Source of the DNA: Eledone cirrhosa
Taxonomy: Eukaryota
DNA: 64,000 nt
NCBI GenBank assembly: GCA_964016885.1
Contig: OZ024740.1
Coordinates: forward strand, 13,640,001 to 13,704,000
Direction: 5' to 3'
The notes under the pieces were generated by a model. The model did no database searches and had not been told where the DNA came from. It worked only from the letters and a program-made list of their open reading frames with translations. The translations under genes and the position numbers were made by a program. This document shows positions 38,395-56,070 of this stretch, one piece after another. Positions within the stretch are counted from its first letter, which is position 1, and every line of letters starts with the position of its first letter.

Positions 38395-39244
38395 TATCTT
38401 TCATATTATTATCGGGGCTATCTTTTCTATGGACTGCATTGTAAAGTGTTTTGGCCACTTCATTATGCCTCATAGGTTGATAGTATTGCGATGACATCTT
38501 TGGACAGCTGCTGATGACATAGGTGACATCTTCGATGTTAATTCCGCAGAGTTTGCATCTGTTGTCACATCCAGGTGTTTTGCCTGCATCCCTATCTCTT
38601 TTGTGAATCAAGTATTTCGTGTTGATTTCCTGTTCTTGGATTGCAAAAGCGTATCCTTCAGAGTGGGAGCCAATATAGCGGTTGTTGGTCCAAGATAGAC
38701 TACTTTCTTTATCTATATTACTCTCACTCTGGAGCTTCCTGGCAACATATCCATGCATGATTTTTTGCTAAGTATGCACTTTTTCATCCATGGATTCACT
38801 GCGATACTGCTGAGCGACTTCCCTAGGTATGCGTTTTTGATTATCACACAGGGAATATCTCTCGAGGAGTTCCTTCCCAACTCTCATGATCTTATCTGTT
38901 TCATGCAGATAGACTTGCTTGAGAAACGGGCTCCTACGCTTCGAGGGTCGTAGGTGTTGTCGGAGGGATATGATGCGATATTCAAATGCTGTCTGGACTG
39001 ATGTTAGGCCTCTGCCTGTCTGCTTACGTTTCAATTAGAGGCGGTCTATGTCACTGTTGATGTGGAAGTTTCTGTTGTTTAGCATTTTTTGAGTTTTAAC
39101 ATCAATTGCTCGGATTTCGTCTATTGTCCAATCGAGTATTCCAAACGTTGGTGTTAGGACAGCACAGCAAACACATTGTGAGCCACTGTTTTATTGTGCG
39201 CATAGAGTTCCGATGACCATATTTTTCTTAACCGGGTGTATGTA

Positions 39245-39800
39245 TGTCGGGTCACTCTCGAGTTCTACTGGTAACATGTAACCCAGTACAACCTGTCGCA
39301 TGGTCGTCGGCGACTAAACTGGCAACTCCACCAAGTTTTCTTGGTAAGGAGGGTGATTTTGGACACCCTGCAGGACAAAAATCAAAACCTGACAAAGGGT
39401 GGACGAACTCATAAGAGTCAACGGCCATCCAAAAAAATGTGTAAATATTTATATACCTATGTGCATGTGTATATATGTATATATGTGTATGCATATGCAA
39501 GTATACATATGTATATATATATGCGCGGGGACAAAGAAATAATCGGACTGGACACCCAATCGCGCGGTTAAACCACTGGGAGTGAAGGACCCCTAGCCTC
39601 TGTCAAGGCATTCTTCTAGGAGAAGGCAACTCAGGAAACTGGGATAACTCCGACATAAAACCTGCGGCTCAGTAGTTACCGATGATGTTGATCTTTTCTT
39701 CTTTTCGGGTTATAGCTACTGTCGCTCAGAGAGTGGGATTGGCTCAGTGCACAGTCTTTCGTCACTTTAAAAAAATCTTCACGCTCAGGCATTGCACGAT
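39245..39800 (+). mobile_element. second copy of the RTE-like 5' UTR element, interrupted by a TA-rich stretch
   Basis: Shares ctactggtaacatgta.cccagtacaacctgtc and ggcgactaaactggcaac with 36405-36810. Confidence 0.6.
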
Positions 39801-40065
39801 AGAATTAATTAATAATTATTAATAATGGTATAACGTGCAATGGGCATACTCGATAAAATGTATGTATGTCACATATATATATATATGTAATTGTATATTT
39901 GTGTGTATACATGCGGTTATGCGTTTATGAATATACATCCTTCTACACATACCAATATATATGTACATGCATGCACATACACAAACGCACACATAGCCAC
40001 ACGCACTCACACTCGCACACGAACATTTGCATACAGACACACAATATATAAGTCTATATATACAT

Positions 40066-40141
<76 letters not shown>

Positions 40142-40145
<4 letters not shown>

Positions 40146-40463
40146 CTACCAAAATATACGGTAGTGTCCAATCCGTATGAAGAACTCAATGTAATCCAAA
40201 TATCATGAAAAGAGAAGATGTATTCAAAAATCTTTTTCGATGAAAAACACAGGAAAACAGAGTCGAGATAAATTAATAAAAATAATGAATAAAAACAAAG
40301 AAACAGTTCCTTATATTAAAACATTCATCATTTTACAATCGTTTCTAGGATATATATGTGTGTGTTGGTATGTATATCATATAGATCTATGTAAAATTTT
40401 TCCAAACTATCAGAGGGAATATACATACCTACACATATATATGCTGTCTTCAGAAATAATACA
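40142..40463 (-). mobile_element. PLE pseudo-LTR with hammerhead (40327-40460)
   Basis: Diverged homologue of 22350-22680; AUUAUUU-CUGAAGA...GAAA-C-gauu-G-U-A-AAAUGAU, where stem I changes preserve pairing. Confidence 0.75.
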
Positions 40464-41042
40464 AAGATACCAGAGTGTCATGTTTGTTGATGCTACCCCT
40501 GGAGGGAAATTAGCTAACCAGTGTAGAAAGGCCCTGAGAAAGACCCACTTAAAAATAAAGGTGGTAGAAAAGCCAGGAACCACCATAAAATCCCTGATCA
40601 GCAAAACCTACCCTTTTAAGAAAACCCACTGTACCAATAGGAAATGTATCATATGTAAGGTGAACCCCCGGATAAACTGTAAAACTAGAAACGTAGTCTA
40701 TAGCATAAGATGTACAGAAGATACTTGCAGAAACATGACAACAACATACATAGGTGAGACAGCTCGTAGCATAGGTGAAAGGATATACCAACACTGGGGG
40801 AACTAAAAGGACGAAAAAACGTGTCAGTACTATACGAACATGCTAGACAACAACATGACGGTAACATAGACAACATAGAAATTAGAATAATATCTAAACA
40901 TAGGAATGACCCAGCAGATAGGCAAATCAGAGAGGCTAGTGAAATAGAAATTAGAAGACCAAGGCTAAACAGAAAGAATGAATGGAATAACAACACCCAA
41001 ACAAACAACACTGACCTAAGAGAAGTATACATAAGTAAATAA
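40464..41042 (+). pseudogene. GIY-YIG endonuclease C-terminus of a Penelope-like element (Neptune-type)
   Basis: Cys-rich linker, NVVYSIRC...YIGETARSIGERIYQH, RQIREA..I...RPRLNRKNEW; one in-frame stop at 40804-40806. Confidence 0.9.
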
Positions 41043-41274
41043 AATAAAATAAATAAATAAATAAATAAATAAATAAATACATACACAAGCACAATAACAA
41101 CAAGCACATAAACACACACTAGTCACCCATCACACAGCAAACAAAACACTATACACACACGCAAACGCATGCGCAAAGAAGACAAAATAAAATAAACAAA
41201 CAAGCAAATAAATAAATAAATATATAGACAGACTGAATAAAAATGGCGTAGACATACAATACAACAGGAGGAAA

Positions 41275-41332
41275 ATATAGCACCACTGACGATGTTGCAG
41301 ATGTGCAACGAAAGATTTATGATAAACTATAT
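41275..41332 (+). ncRNA. minimal hammerhead motif in pseudo-LTR (second copy 42845-42902)
   Basis: AUAUAG-cacca-CUGACGA-u-GUUGCA-gaug-UGCAAC-GAAA-gauu-U-A-ugauaaa-CUAUAU; perfect stem II, weak proximal stem I. Confidence 0.65.
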
Positions 41333-41493
41333 ATATGTGTTTGTGTCTATATTGTATCTGTATTATTTTTGACCGCCGGTCAGTCAATGGCAACATTGAG
41401 GACCGAGTATATTAGATTACCGATATAAAAGACACAGAAACGAGAAGCGAAAACCAACCAAACAGTGATTAATTCTGGCAATATTACACAAAT

Positions 41494-42277
41494 ATGACCC
41501 TCTCCAAGTATAACAATATTTGTTTCGACACACGATTTCATATAAAAAACCTCGCAAAACTAATTCATCGCCGCTATGGCATTAGCTTGTGCCAAGCTGA
41601 AAGGTTATTGAAAGACACTGTTTTCTGTTATATAAAAACTACAATAACAACAGAACAAATCCACTTCTTAAAACACTGTGTTTCCTCCAAAACATACACA
41701 ACAAACATATCAAAACAAGTAAATAATTTATTATTGAACAAAACACAAGCTGAACGACTAAAACACACAATAACAGTTAATATGAAAAGAACAACATACA
41801 CAAAAGTCAACGAACTTTACAGACAGAAACGCATTAACGTTAAGGATGTCCGAAATCTCACCACAGCAAACGAGAGGGATAACTTCATGAGCGTCATCCG
41901 ACGTGAAACGAAATACGCCCGAAACGAATGCAATAGGCATTTCAATAAGAAATTAGAATGGATGAATAAGAAAAAACTACAAGAAAGGAAAATTGAATAT
42001 TCTCAAAAATACCTAGATAACATCGACAATATCCGTATGACTGATGTAAAACTACCGGAAGAATTTACCAATGACCACACAGTAAATATTTATGGGAACA
42101 CTTTAATCAGTGAACAAGAACAACAAATCCTGCGGCTACCACCAAAATTTGCCATCTACAAAAAAATTAACCCTGTGGAGTCCAAAACGGAGCTGGAAAA
42201 GTGTTTCACAAAAATACGTTGGGAGTCCAAAACGGAGCTGGAAAAGTGTTTCACAAAAATACGTTGGGATGCAAAGG

Positions 42278-42315
<38 letters not shown>

Positions 42316-42492
42316 AATAACGGTAGTAGTAATATAAACAATAACTCTGAGTATAGAAATAACAGTCATAACAATAACAATAGCAGGAAAGTGAGAAATA
42401 GTGATAATGGTAATAATACTAACGATAGACAGAACAACAACAACCACAATAATAATAATAATAGAAACATTAACCACAGACACAGCAGATAG
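41494..42492 (+). pseudogene. N-terminal part of PLE ORF, RT domain deleted
   Basis: ILRLPPKFAIY...ELEKCFTKIRW pre-RT motif, 45-bp tandem duplication, Asn-rich tract, then joined to the endonuclease tail. Confidence 0.75.
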
Positions 42493-43156
42493 GCAAATCA
42501 GAGAGGCCAGTGAAATAGAAATTAGAAGACCAAGGCTAAACAGAAAGAATAAATGGAATAACAACAACACCCAAACAAACAACACTGACCTAAGAGAAGT
42601 ATAAATAAGTAAATAAAATAAAATAAATAAATAAATAAATAAATAAATACATACACAAGCACAATAACAACAAGCACATAAACACACACTAGTCACCCAT
42701 CACACAGCAAACAAAACACTATACACACACGCAAACGCATGCGCAAAGAAGACAAAATAAAATAAACAAACAAGCAAATAAATAAATAAATATATAGACA
42801 GACTGAATAAAAATGGCGTAGAAATACGATACAACAGGAGGAAAATATAGCACCACTGACGATGTTGCAGATGTGCAACGAAAGATTTATGATAAACTAT
42901 ATATATGTGTTTGTGTCTATATTGTATCTGTATTATTTTTGACCGCCGGTCAGTCAATGGCAACATTGAGGACCGAGTATATTAGATTACTGATATAAAA
43001 GACACAGAAGCGAGAAGCGAAAACCAACCAAACAGTGAGTGTGTTCTGTTATTAATTCTGGCAATATTACACAAATATGACCCTCTCCAAGTATAACAAT
43101 ATTTGTTTCGACACACGATTTCATATAAAAAACCTCGCAAAACTAATTCATCGCCG

Positions 43157-46488
<3,332 letters not shown>

Positions 46489-46668
46489 ATTTTTCTACCA
46501 CCCGAAATATGATACTCGCTGAATTTATATATATATATATATATAAATGAAGGTTTATACAGCTCCAACCGGGATTGATATATATATATATATATATTAT
46601 ATTATATTATATATATATTATAAAAATAACAGGAGGCTGGACTGGTGTACTTCATTGAAAGGTTTATT

Positions 46669-46726
46669 ATACTATGATCATTTCAATGACCGGGTTTAGT
46701 ATGAATCCGGTGACATCATCAGGTAT
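46669..46726 (-). ncRNA. type I hammerhead in a further pseudo-LTR fragment (46622-46990)
   Basis: AUAC-CUGAUGA-uguc-ACCGG...CCGGU-cauu-GAAA-U-gauc-A-U-A-GUAU; palindromic stem III. Confidence 0.7.
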
Positions 46727-47177
46727 TCGAAATATAACAAAGGAATACAATAGATAAAATCCATAGGGCTGAAAATCAGAGACATGAGGGCGACTGAACA
46801 TTTAGCATCTTCTACCCTGGACGGCCGCCCTCAAATGTTGATTATCAAGCCTACTTATGTCCATCTGGTGAAGGCTTATCATGTACTACTACCCCTCGCC
46901 TAAAGGCAGAGGTTAGTTCTGAGATCAGGTTACAATCAAGCTGGTCATGCGTGCTAGAAAGTGCTGCGAAAAGCATTATTTCAAAGGACACATATCTATC
47001 TATATATATATATCAAACATCAGGTTTGCCAAGGGGTTTGGTAGGAAACTCCTGACTTGTAACTCACCTATATAAATTATCTATGGCTGACTCAATACAC
47101 ACGTATATCATTTCCCACCGTTCTTTCCCCTTCTCACTCATTATCTTTCTATTTATGTTTATTTCTAATGTTATCTT

Positions 47178-47206
47178 CTGGTGAAGGACTAGTGTCCGAA
47201 ACGTTA
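47178..47206 (+). ncRNA. degenerate hammerhead core
   Basis: CUGGUGA-a-GGAC-uagu-GUCC-GAAACGUUA; one core mismatch, stem I not evident. Confidence 0.45.
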
Positions 47207-47454
47207 CTGTTATTTAAAGTGTTGAGCTAATATATCTTTTCAATGTCGTTTGCTATGCTATTTCTCTCTACATTTTACACCCCCCCCCCCCCCCCCCCCC
47301 ACACACACATATACACACATGCGCGCGCACACACACATATGAATTATCGAAGCGTTTGAATGATTTGAAATTCGAAAATGGGGAAATTCCAAGGACAATA
47401 ATGAACTGCAAGAACGGTCAATCGCTGTAAATAATAACTTAGAAATAGGGTAAA

Positions 47455-47612
47455 CCACCACCACCACCACTACCTCTACCACCACCACCACCACCACCAC
47501 TACCACTACCACCACCAACACCACCACCAACACCTCTACTGCCACTACTACCACCACCACCACCACCACCACCACCACCACCACCACTACCTCTACCACC
47601 ACCAACACCACC
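47455..47612. repeat. (ACC)n-type microsatellite
   Basis: Imperfect CCA/CTA run. Confidence 0.9.
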
Positions 47613-47864
47613 CCAATAAACACCCTAACACATGTATAACATCCCACAACCCTCCCCACATACAATCTCCTTCCTCATCCACAACCTTTTTCTTCTCCCA
47701 CCACATAAATTCTAACTACCGCCACCCACACACACCATCTCTCTCCCCCTCTCTCTCTCACACTCATTTATCATCACAAACACCCAGGCACTCCCCCACA
47801 CACTCACCCCTAGCCCATTATCCACCACCCCACACACGACCGGCGGCAACCAGCACCACAACTA

Positions 47865-48500
47865 CACACACACAGCCACACAGCCACACACAGCCACACA
47901 CACAGCCACACACAGCTACACACAGCCACACACAGCCACACACAGCCACACAGCCACACACAGCCACACACACAGCCACACACAGCCACACACAGCCACA
48001 CACAGCCACACACAGCCACACAGCCACACACAGCCACACACACAGCCACACACAGCCACACACAGCCACACACAGCCACACACAGCCACACAGCCACACA
48101 CAGCCACACACACAGCCACACTCAGCCACACACAGCCACACACACAGCCACACACAGCCACACACAGCCACACACAGCCACACAGCCACACACAGCCACA
48201 CACACACAGCCACACACAGCCACACACAGCCACACACAGCCACACACAGCCACACAGCCACACACAGCCACACACACAGCCACACACAGCCACACACAGC
48301 CACACACAGCCACACACAGCCACACAGCCACACACAGCCACACACACAGCCACACACAGCCACACACAGCCACACACAGCCACACACAGCCACACACAGC
48401 CACACAGCCACACACAGCCACACACACAGCCACACACAGCCACACACAGCCACACACACAGCCACACACAGCCACCCACAGCCACACCCACAGCCACACA
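47865..48500. repeat. CAGCCA(CA)n 8-14-bp minisatellite
   Basis: Direct inspection. Confidence 0.95.
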
Positions 48501-48882
48501 CATGCCCTCTCCAAATACCTCCCCTGTGGAAATCTCTCCCTAAGCCCCACGCCACACCAGAACCTCGGTGTTCGTCCCTTTGTTACCACACAACATTGTT
48601 GTCCCTTTATATTCCTGCACTCTAGGTCTCCCCCCCCCCACCCATCACAACACCTCTATCTACTCCCTTTGACCCCCTCCACCTCTTTACAACATCACCC
48701 CTGTCATTTCTACTCCCCCTCGCACACACACACACACACATATATACACGGAGTCATACACATACAAAAAACCACATATACATACGCACATACAAAAACA
48801 TGCATTTGTATGGACATATCAGACACAACCTTAATCTAATATATATACACACATATATATATATATACATATACACACACAT

Positions 48883-48937
<55 letters not shown>

Positions 48938-48958
48938 TATACATATATATATATATAT

Positions 48959-49009
<51 letters not shown>

Positions 49010-49129
49010 TATATACACATATATATACTGTATATATATATATACACACACACATATATATTCACATATATATATATAGACACACACATATATATACACA
49101 CACATATATATATATACACACATATATAC

Positions 49130-49633
49130 ACAACAATAATCTAATATATACGCACACACATATATACACAGCCATAATCTAATGTATATACCCACTCACA
49201 TATATATACACACACATATATACACACAACCATAATCAAATATACAAACACATATATATAAACATATACATACACATATATATATATATATACACAGCCA
49301 TAATTTAATATATATACACACACATATATACACACAACCATAATCTAATGTATATACACACATATATATACACACATATATATACACACACACATATATA
49401 TACACAACTATAATCTAATTTATATATACATACACACATATATATATACATAACCATAATCTAATTTATATACACCTACATATACACACACACACATATA
49501 TACACAACCATAATCTAATTTATATACACACATATATATATACACACATATATATACTCACACACATATATACTAAACCATAATCTAATTTATATACACA
49601 CATATATATATATACACACACATATATATACAC

Positions 49634-49664
<31 letters not shown>

Positions 49665-49862
49665 TATATATATATACACACACATATATACACAACCATA
49701 ATCTAATTTATATACACACATATATATATACACATATATATATATATATATATATACCCATATATATATGCACACATATATACACACATATATATATATA
49801 TACACATATATATATATACACACACATACACATATATACACAACCATAATCTAATTTATATA
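49130..49862. repeat. minisatellite with core AACCATAATCTAATTTATA separated by variable TA/CA runs
   Basis: Core recurs about 11 times. Confidence 0.85.
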
Positions 49863-51000
49863 CAGACACACATGTAGACACACACAAGTAGACAGACACA
49901 CATGTAGACAGACACATGTAGACAGACACTTATGTAGACACACACATGTAGACACACACATGTAGACACACACATGTAGACAGACACACATGTAGACACA
50001 CACATGTAGACAGACACACATGTAGACACACACATGTAGACACACACATGTAGACACACACATGTAGACACACACATGTAGACACACACATGTAGACACA
50101 CACATGTAGACACACACTTATGTAGACACACACATGTAGACACACACATGTAGACACACACATGTAGAAACACACACATGTAGACACACACATGTAGACA
50201 GACACACATGTAGACACACACATGTAGACACACACATGTAGACACACACATGTAGACACACACATGTAGACACACACATGTAGACAGACACACATGTAGA
50301 CACACACATGTAGACACACACATGTAGACAGACACACATGTAGACACACACTTGTAGACACACATATGTAGACACCAGCATGTAGATACACACATGTAGA
50401 CAGACACACATGTAGACACGCACATGTAGACACACATATGTAGACACCAGCATGTAGATACACACATGTAGACAGACACACATGTAGACACACACATGTA
50501 GACACACATATGTAGACACCAGCATGTAGACACACACATGTAGACAGACACACATGTAGACACACACATGTAGACACACATATGTAGACAGACACACATG
50601 TAGACACACACATGTAGACACACACATGTAGACACACATATGTAGACACCAGCATGTAGATACACACATGTAGACAGACACACATGTAGAACACACACAT
50701 GTAGATACACACATGTAGACAGACACACATGTAGACACACACATGTAGACAGACACTTATGTAGACACATACATGTAGACACACACTTGTAGAACACACA
50801 CATGTAGACACACACATGTAGACACACACACATGTATACACACACACATGTAGACATACACTCATGTAGACACACACATGTAGACATACACATGTAGACA
50901 GACACACATGTAGACACACACACATATGTAGACAGACACTCATGTAGACAGACACTCATGTAGACAGACACACATGTAGACACACACATGTAGACACACA
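49863..51000. repeat. CATGTAGACACACA 14/18-bp minisatellite
   Basis: Direct inspection. Confidence 0.95.
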
Positions 51001-52070
51001 CATTGCAGACACACACACACACATGAAGACACACAGACACACAGATGGCCAGATGTCCTCCACTGTCGACTAATCTCCCATATTCTGTCCCCCTCTCCAC
51101 AATTGTGTCAACTGTCCCTCTGTTTGTTAACCCACACACATATACATATACATATATATACACACACGCATACACATGCACACACGCATTTATATACACG
51201 TACACACACATATATAGACACATATACAACAGGTATTCCGTTCTTTTGCCTCAAACTGGTGTGAACATTAACTAAATGTGACCGCCACAATAGACATCCT
51301 TCAAACATTTCGTTGTCACGTGTTATTTCCAACAAGGGAAGCAACCCTCGGTTTTTGGCAGGTAAATTCAAAGTGTTAACAAAGGAAAAAATATTTCCGC
51401 TCAACATTCCGAATAAAAGCTCTTAACCAGACGTTATTAAACAAACAAATAATTAATCAATCAACAGAATTGTCTAATTAAATTAATTAATTAATTATTA
51501 AGTCTAGGAGAAAATAATACAAGTGGGAGCTTAGTAAAATCGAAGCTTTGGCTGTGGCCAAGCAAAGACGACCTACAATAATATCATACGTTTAAATAGT
51601 TTAACAAATTGAAAATTGTGGTAGGCAAAACCCAACCATACAATACCAAAACAACGAAAGAACTAATCAGGTTAAAACAGACCTGGACAGATCGGACGAT
51701 ATTCTGCAATGCGTCTGATATGTTTCTATGAATCCGAAATCATCAATCCAAAATCATCAATCCAACTTACGTAACACGCAAGCTTGTGGTATTCCATGAT
51801 CGAACAGGGGCTAACGTGCTTTGATGTTGGGTTTGAATAGTTTTTAAGATTCTCCAGTTCAGCAGTCAGTACGTTAAAGAAAATTGATAGTTACAACAAT
51901 AAAGGCTGAACAGAGAACACATTTTTTAACAAACAATAATTTGTACAACCATAATGGAAATTCCAAGTAACAGAAAATATTTAAATTACATTGTTAGAGC
52001 CTCAGACTATACAATATTTTTTGTTCGGCCCTCCGGAGCAAAGATGAAGAGATTGTTTGGCGAGCTCACC

Positions 52071-52785
52071 CTAGAGCATCCTACATACAATTGACCATGG
52101 GAGAATCACTGATCTCGTAGCTCGACTCGCGGAGAAGCTCTGTAGACGTTGACTTCTGGACACTCCTGTGTTAGAATCAGGTAAGCTGTAGTGACTTAGA
52201 GGCCTACCACCAATCTCCAGGATACTCTTTTCAAGACAAATGAGCGTCTCATTGAAAACGACATCATATGTTATGTTCGGATTGTGTCTGAGTGTGCGGT
52301 GGAGGATGTCCTCAGCTAGACTTTCGCGGTGGTTGTTCCACAGTGCGAGAGGGTCGGCGAGATCGCAGTTGTGCAGTATAATAGCAAAACGTTTTCGCAG
52401 CTGAGAAGGGACTTTAGCAGTTGCTGCTTCTTGCAGGGTGAGGTGCCAATGGCTGTCATCGTGTAACACACCACGCATCTGGCAAGCCAAACGGTAAGTG
52501 GAACATTGATGGCCATTGATGGTTCTAAGATCTTGGAAAGACTGTGGTCCTCTAACCTCGAACAGTAACAATGACGATAAGCCATCTGTGCTTTCGTGAA
52601 ATAAATAGGTTTTTGTTTTGGGGTATCCAAAAATATCTGTACACGAATAAAGTTTAAGCAAAGGCTTTCACCCTTAACGGGATCTTCTGAAACTAAAAAA
52701 ATCAATCTGTGAACGCAGAAGTAAATATTTCGAAAAACGTTATTTAATGCAGACAGCCAGACATACAGAGACATATAAGGGCGCT
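52071..52785 (-). pseudogene. Helitron RepHel fragment plus upstream Helitron sequence
   Basis: LLL.EVRGPQSFQDLRTING...ACQMRGVLHDDSHW..L.EA..QLR..FAIIL..C..DPLALW, the inter-domain region of RepHel; 52650-52785 is homologous to 57304-57558. Confidence 0.88.
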
Positions 52786-52899
52786 ATGTTATAGCTATGT
52801 ATCTATCTAAAAAGACAGACTAAGAAAAAGAGGGGAATGTTGTGCGACGTCATAAGAAAAAGTGAGGAATGTCGTATAACCGGAAGTGTTATTGATAGA

Positions 52900-52900
52900 A

Positions 52901-52931
<31 letters not shown>

Positions 52932-53533
52932 TGAGCAAGAGAGGCAGTGGGCATATATAGATAAATAGATGGAGATGGAGATAGAGAGGTGGGTGAGAGA
53001 GAGAGAGAGAGATGAGGGGAGAGAGAGGGAGAGAGAGAGGGGGCATATATAGATAAATAAGTAGAGATAGAGAAAGAGAGGTGGGAGAGAGAGAGAGAGG
53101 GAGAGATGAGGGAGAGAGTGGGAGGGAGAGAGAGCGTGAGTATATGAAGATAAATAGAGAGAAATAGAGATAGAGAGGTGGGTGAAAGGGAGAGATGAGG
53201 GAGAGAGATAGTGGGAGAGAGAGGGGTATATATAGATAGAAAGAAATAGAGAACTGAGGTGAGAGAGAGAGAGAGAGAGTGAGAGAGAGAGAGAGAGGTA
53301 TATATAGAGAAATAGATAGAGATAGAGAGGTGGGTGAGAGAGAGAGGGAGGGAGAGAGGGGGTATATATAGATAAATAGATAGAGATAGAGAGGTGAGTG
53401 AGAGAGAGAGGGAGAGAGAGGGGTATATATAGATAAATAGATAGAGAGGTGGGTGGGAGAGAGGGAGAGAGAGAGAGAGAGGGGAGTATATATAGATAAA
53501 TAGATATAGATAGAGAAGTGGGTGAGAGAGAGA

Positions 53534-53571
<38 letters not shown>

Positions 53572-53974
53572 TATATAGATAAATAGATAGAGATAGAGAG
53601 GTGGGTGAGAGAGAGAGAGAGAGAGAGAGAGAAAGGGGTATATATAGATAAATAGATAGAGATAGAGAGGTGGGTGAGAGAGAGAGGGAGAGAGAGAGTG
53701 GTATATGTAGATAAATAGATAGAGATAGAGAGGTGGGTGAGAGAGAGAGGGATAGAGAGGGAGAGAGAGAGTGGTATATGTAGATAAATAGATAGAGATA
53801 GAGAGGTGGGTGAGAGAGAGAGAGAGAGAGAGAGGGAGAGCGAGAGAGAGAGGGGGGTATATATAGATAAATAGATAGAGATAGAGAGGTGGGTGAGAGA
53901 GAGAGAGAGAGAGAAAGAGGGGGTATATAGATAAATAGATAGAAATAGAGAGGTGGGTGAGAAAGACAGGGAGA

Positions 53975-54014
<40 letters not shown>

Positions 54015-54323
54015 GCGGGGTATATATAGATAAATAGATAGAGATAGAGAAAGAGAGTTGGGTGAGAGAGAGAGAGAGAAAAGAGGAAATGAATAAAAGA
54101 GAGGCAGGAAATTAAGGTGGAATAAAGAGATAAAAAGAACGAGAGAAGAGGGGGGAGAAATGATGAGTGGTTTGTGAGAACAGTTGGGAGTGTATTTGAT
54201 GGAGAGGAGAGTAAGATGGAAGTGAAAGAGAGAGAGGGATAGATAGAGAGATAGAGAGGGAGAGAGAGATAGGAAGGGCATGAGAGAGACGGAGAGGAAA
54301 GTATGTGTGAGAGAGAGAGCGAG

Positions 54324-54357
<34 letters not shown>

Positions 54358-54432
54358 ATAAAGAGAGAGAGAGAGAGAGAGATAGGAAGGGGATGAGAGA
54401 GGCGAAGAGGAGAGCATGTGAGAGAGAGAAAG

Positions 54433-54484
<52 letters not shown>

Positions 54485-54785
54485 ATAGGAAGGGCATGAG
54501 AGAGGCTGAGAGGAGAGCATGTGAGTGAGAGAGAGAGAGAGAGAGAGAGATAGGAAGAGCATTAGAGAGGCGGAGAGGAGAGCATGTGTGAGAGAGAGAG
54601 AAAGAGAGAGTAAGATGGAAATGGGAGAGATAGAGATAGAGAGAAAGAGCGGGGGAGAGGAGAGCATGAGAGGGGGAGAGGAGAGCATGAGAGAGGGAGC
54701 GAGAGGAAAAGCATGAGAGAGAGAAAGGGACAGAGAGAGAGAGAGAGAGAAAGAAAGAGAGAGAGAGAGGGAGAGAGAGAAAGAG
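52900..54785. repeat. GA-rich minisatellite and low-complexity tract
   Basis: Recurring gaggtgggtgaga..ggggtatatatagataaatagatagagata units of about 60-70 bp. Confidence 0.92.
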
Positions 54786-55220
54786 GGGTAAGAATTATCG
54801 ACTGTATATTCCCCAACTTACCAATCTCTGTTGTCTAATTAATTGTTCTTTGCAGCTGGGTCTGATTCTTAGGAAAACACACGTAGACACACATACATAC
54901 ACATACACACACACTTACACATATACAGACACACAAAACACACCCATACACATATACACTCTTACGCACGCGCACACACACATGCACATACGCACACACA
55001 CGCCCACATATATGTGTGCACGTATATATATATGTATATATATATATGTATATATGTATATATTGAAATTTCGTATTTCTAAAGAAATACAGTATGTTTA
55101 TGGATGAACATTTAGAAAGCCGTAGCTATACAAAACACCGAGACTATCGCCCTCTGGTGGTGTCCAGCAGAAGCAAGGGAGACAATCGTCAATGCATTTT
55201 GAACTTAACTTGTTCAGGAC

Positions 55221-55263
<43 letters not shown>

Positions 55264-55277
55264 GCGCGCGCACACAA

Positions 55278-55376
<99 letters not shown>

Positions 55377-55429
55377 GAGAGAGAGATTAAGTGTGATTTC
55401 ATATAACGAAGCATGAACCCCCGATGTAT

Positions 55430-56070
55430 AAACATAGACGTCATTTCTATATTTGAAGACATGCTATTAGATACCACTCTATTTTTAACAGACATACTAT
55501 AAAACTTTACTACTATGAACATGGCACAAAATATTAATAGAATTAATAATAGAAACTTAAATTTAAACCCAAACCAAATAAACCAAAATAACAATATTAA
55601 TATTACTAATAACGGTATTAATACTAATAATAATCGTACCGTTCCTATAGACAACAACACTAAAAAATGTAACTGTAGAAACGAATTAAATTGCCCTTTA
55701 CAGAATAATTGCCTAGATAAAAACTTTGTATATAAATGCATAGTAAAAACTAGAGATGAAATATATAACTATATAGGTGCCACTTCTACAAAATTTAAGG
55801 AACGTTGGTATAATCACAAACATACATTAGTAGATCAGAAACATTTTCAACATCACTTTCAAATATAATTTGGTACTTAAAAGACAATAATATTGACTAT
55901 TCAATCTCTTGGGGAACGATTTCGAAAGCGGCCGCATACCGAAATATGTCTCTCTCAAGAATTTGTCATTTATGTATTGAGGAAATATTTCATATACTTT
56001 CCAGCCAAAACTCTATTAATAAGAAGAAAGAATTATTCAACTCTTGCAGACATGGCCAAGCCAAAACGTT
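55430..56070 (+). pseudogene. 5'-truncated Naiad-type PLE GIY-YIG remnant
   Basis: CNCRNELNCPLQNNC..FVYKC..YIGATSTKFKERWYNHK, followed by frameshifted ICHLCIEE and SCRH. Confidence 0.85.

Larger units (their letters stand above)
37200..39240 (-). pseudogene. R4/Dong-type (RLE) non-LTR retrotransposon 3' half, decayed and interrupted
   Basis: RKQTGRGL, AIQEQEINTK, CKLC zinc-knuckle remnant and RHNEVAK at 38378-39034; HNRPDIMIWD..TVVEVSCP restriction-like endonuclease at about 37580-37690. Confidence 0.85.
40912..43160 (+). mobile_element. PLE partial tandem with direct repeats 40912-41577 and 42483-43160 (pseudo-LTRs)
   Basis: Near-identical copies of about 670 bp enclosing the N-terminal ORF; ends in (TA)n. 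Confidence 0.9.

Noticed and set aside
51042-52075. hAT-like ends (cagatggccagatgtcc; ttcggccctc)
   Set aside because: No matching TIR pair or 8-bp TSD could be found
47258-55400. Cys/Val-rich and Ser/Leu-rich long ORFs
   Set aside because: Minisatellite and GA-tract translations; only 52071-52661 has real protein motifs
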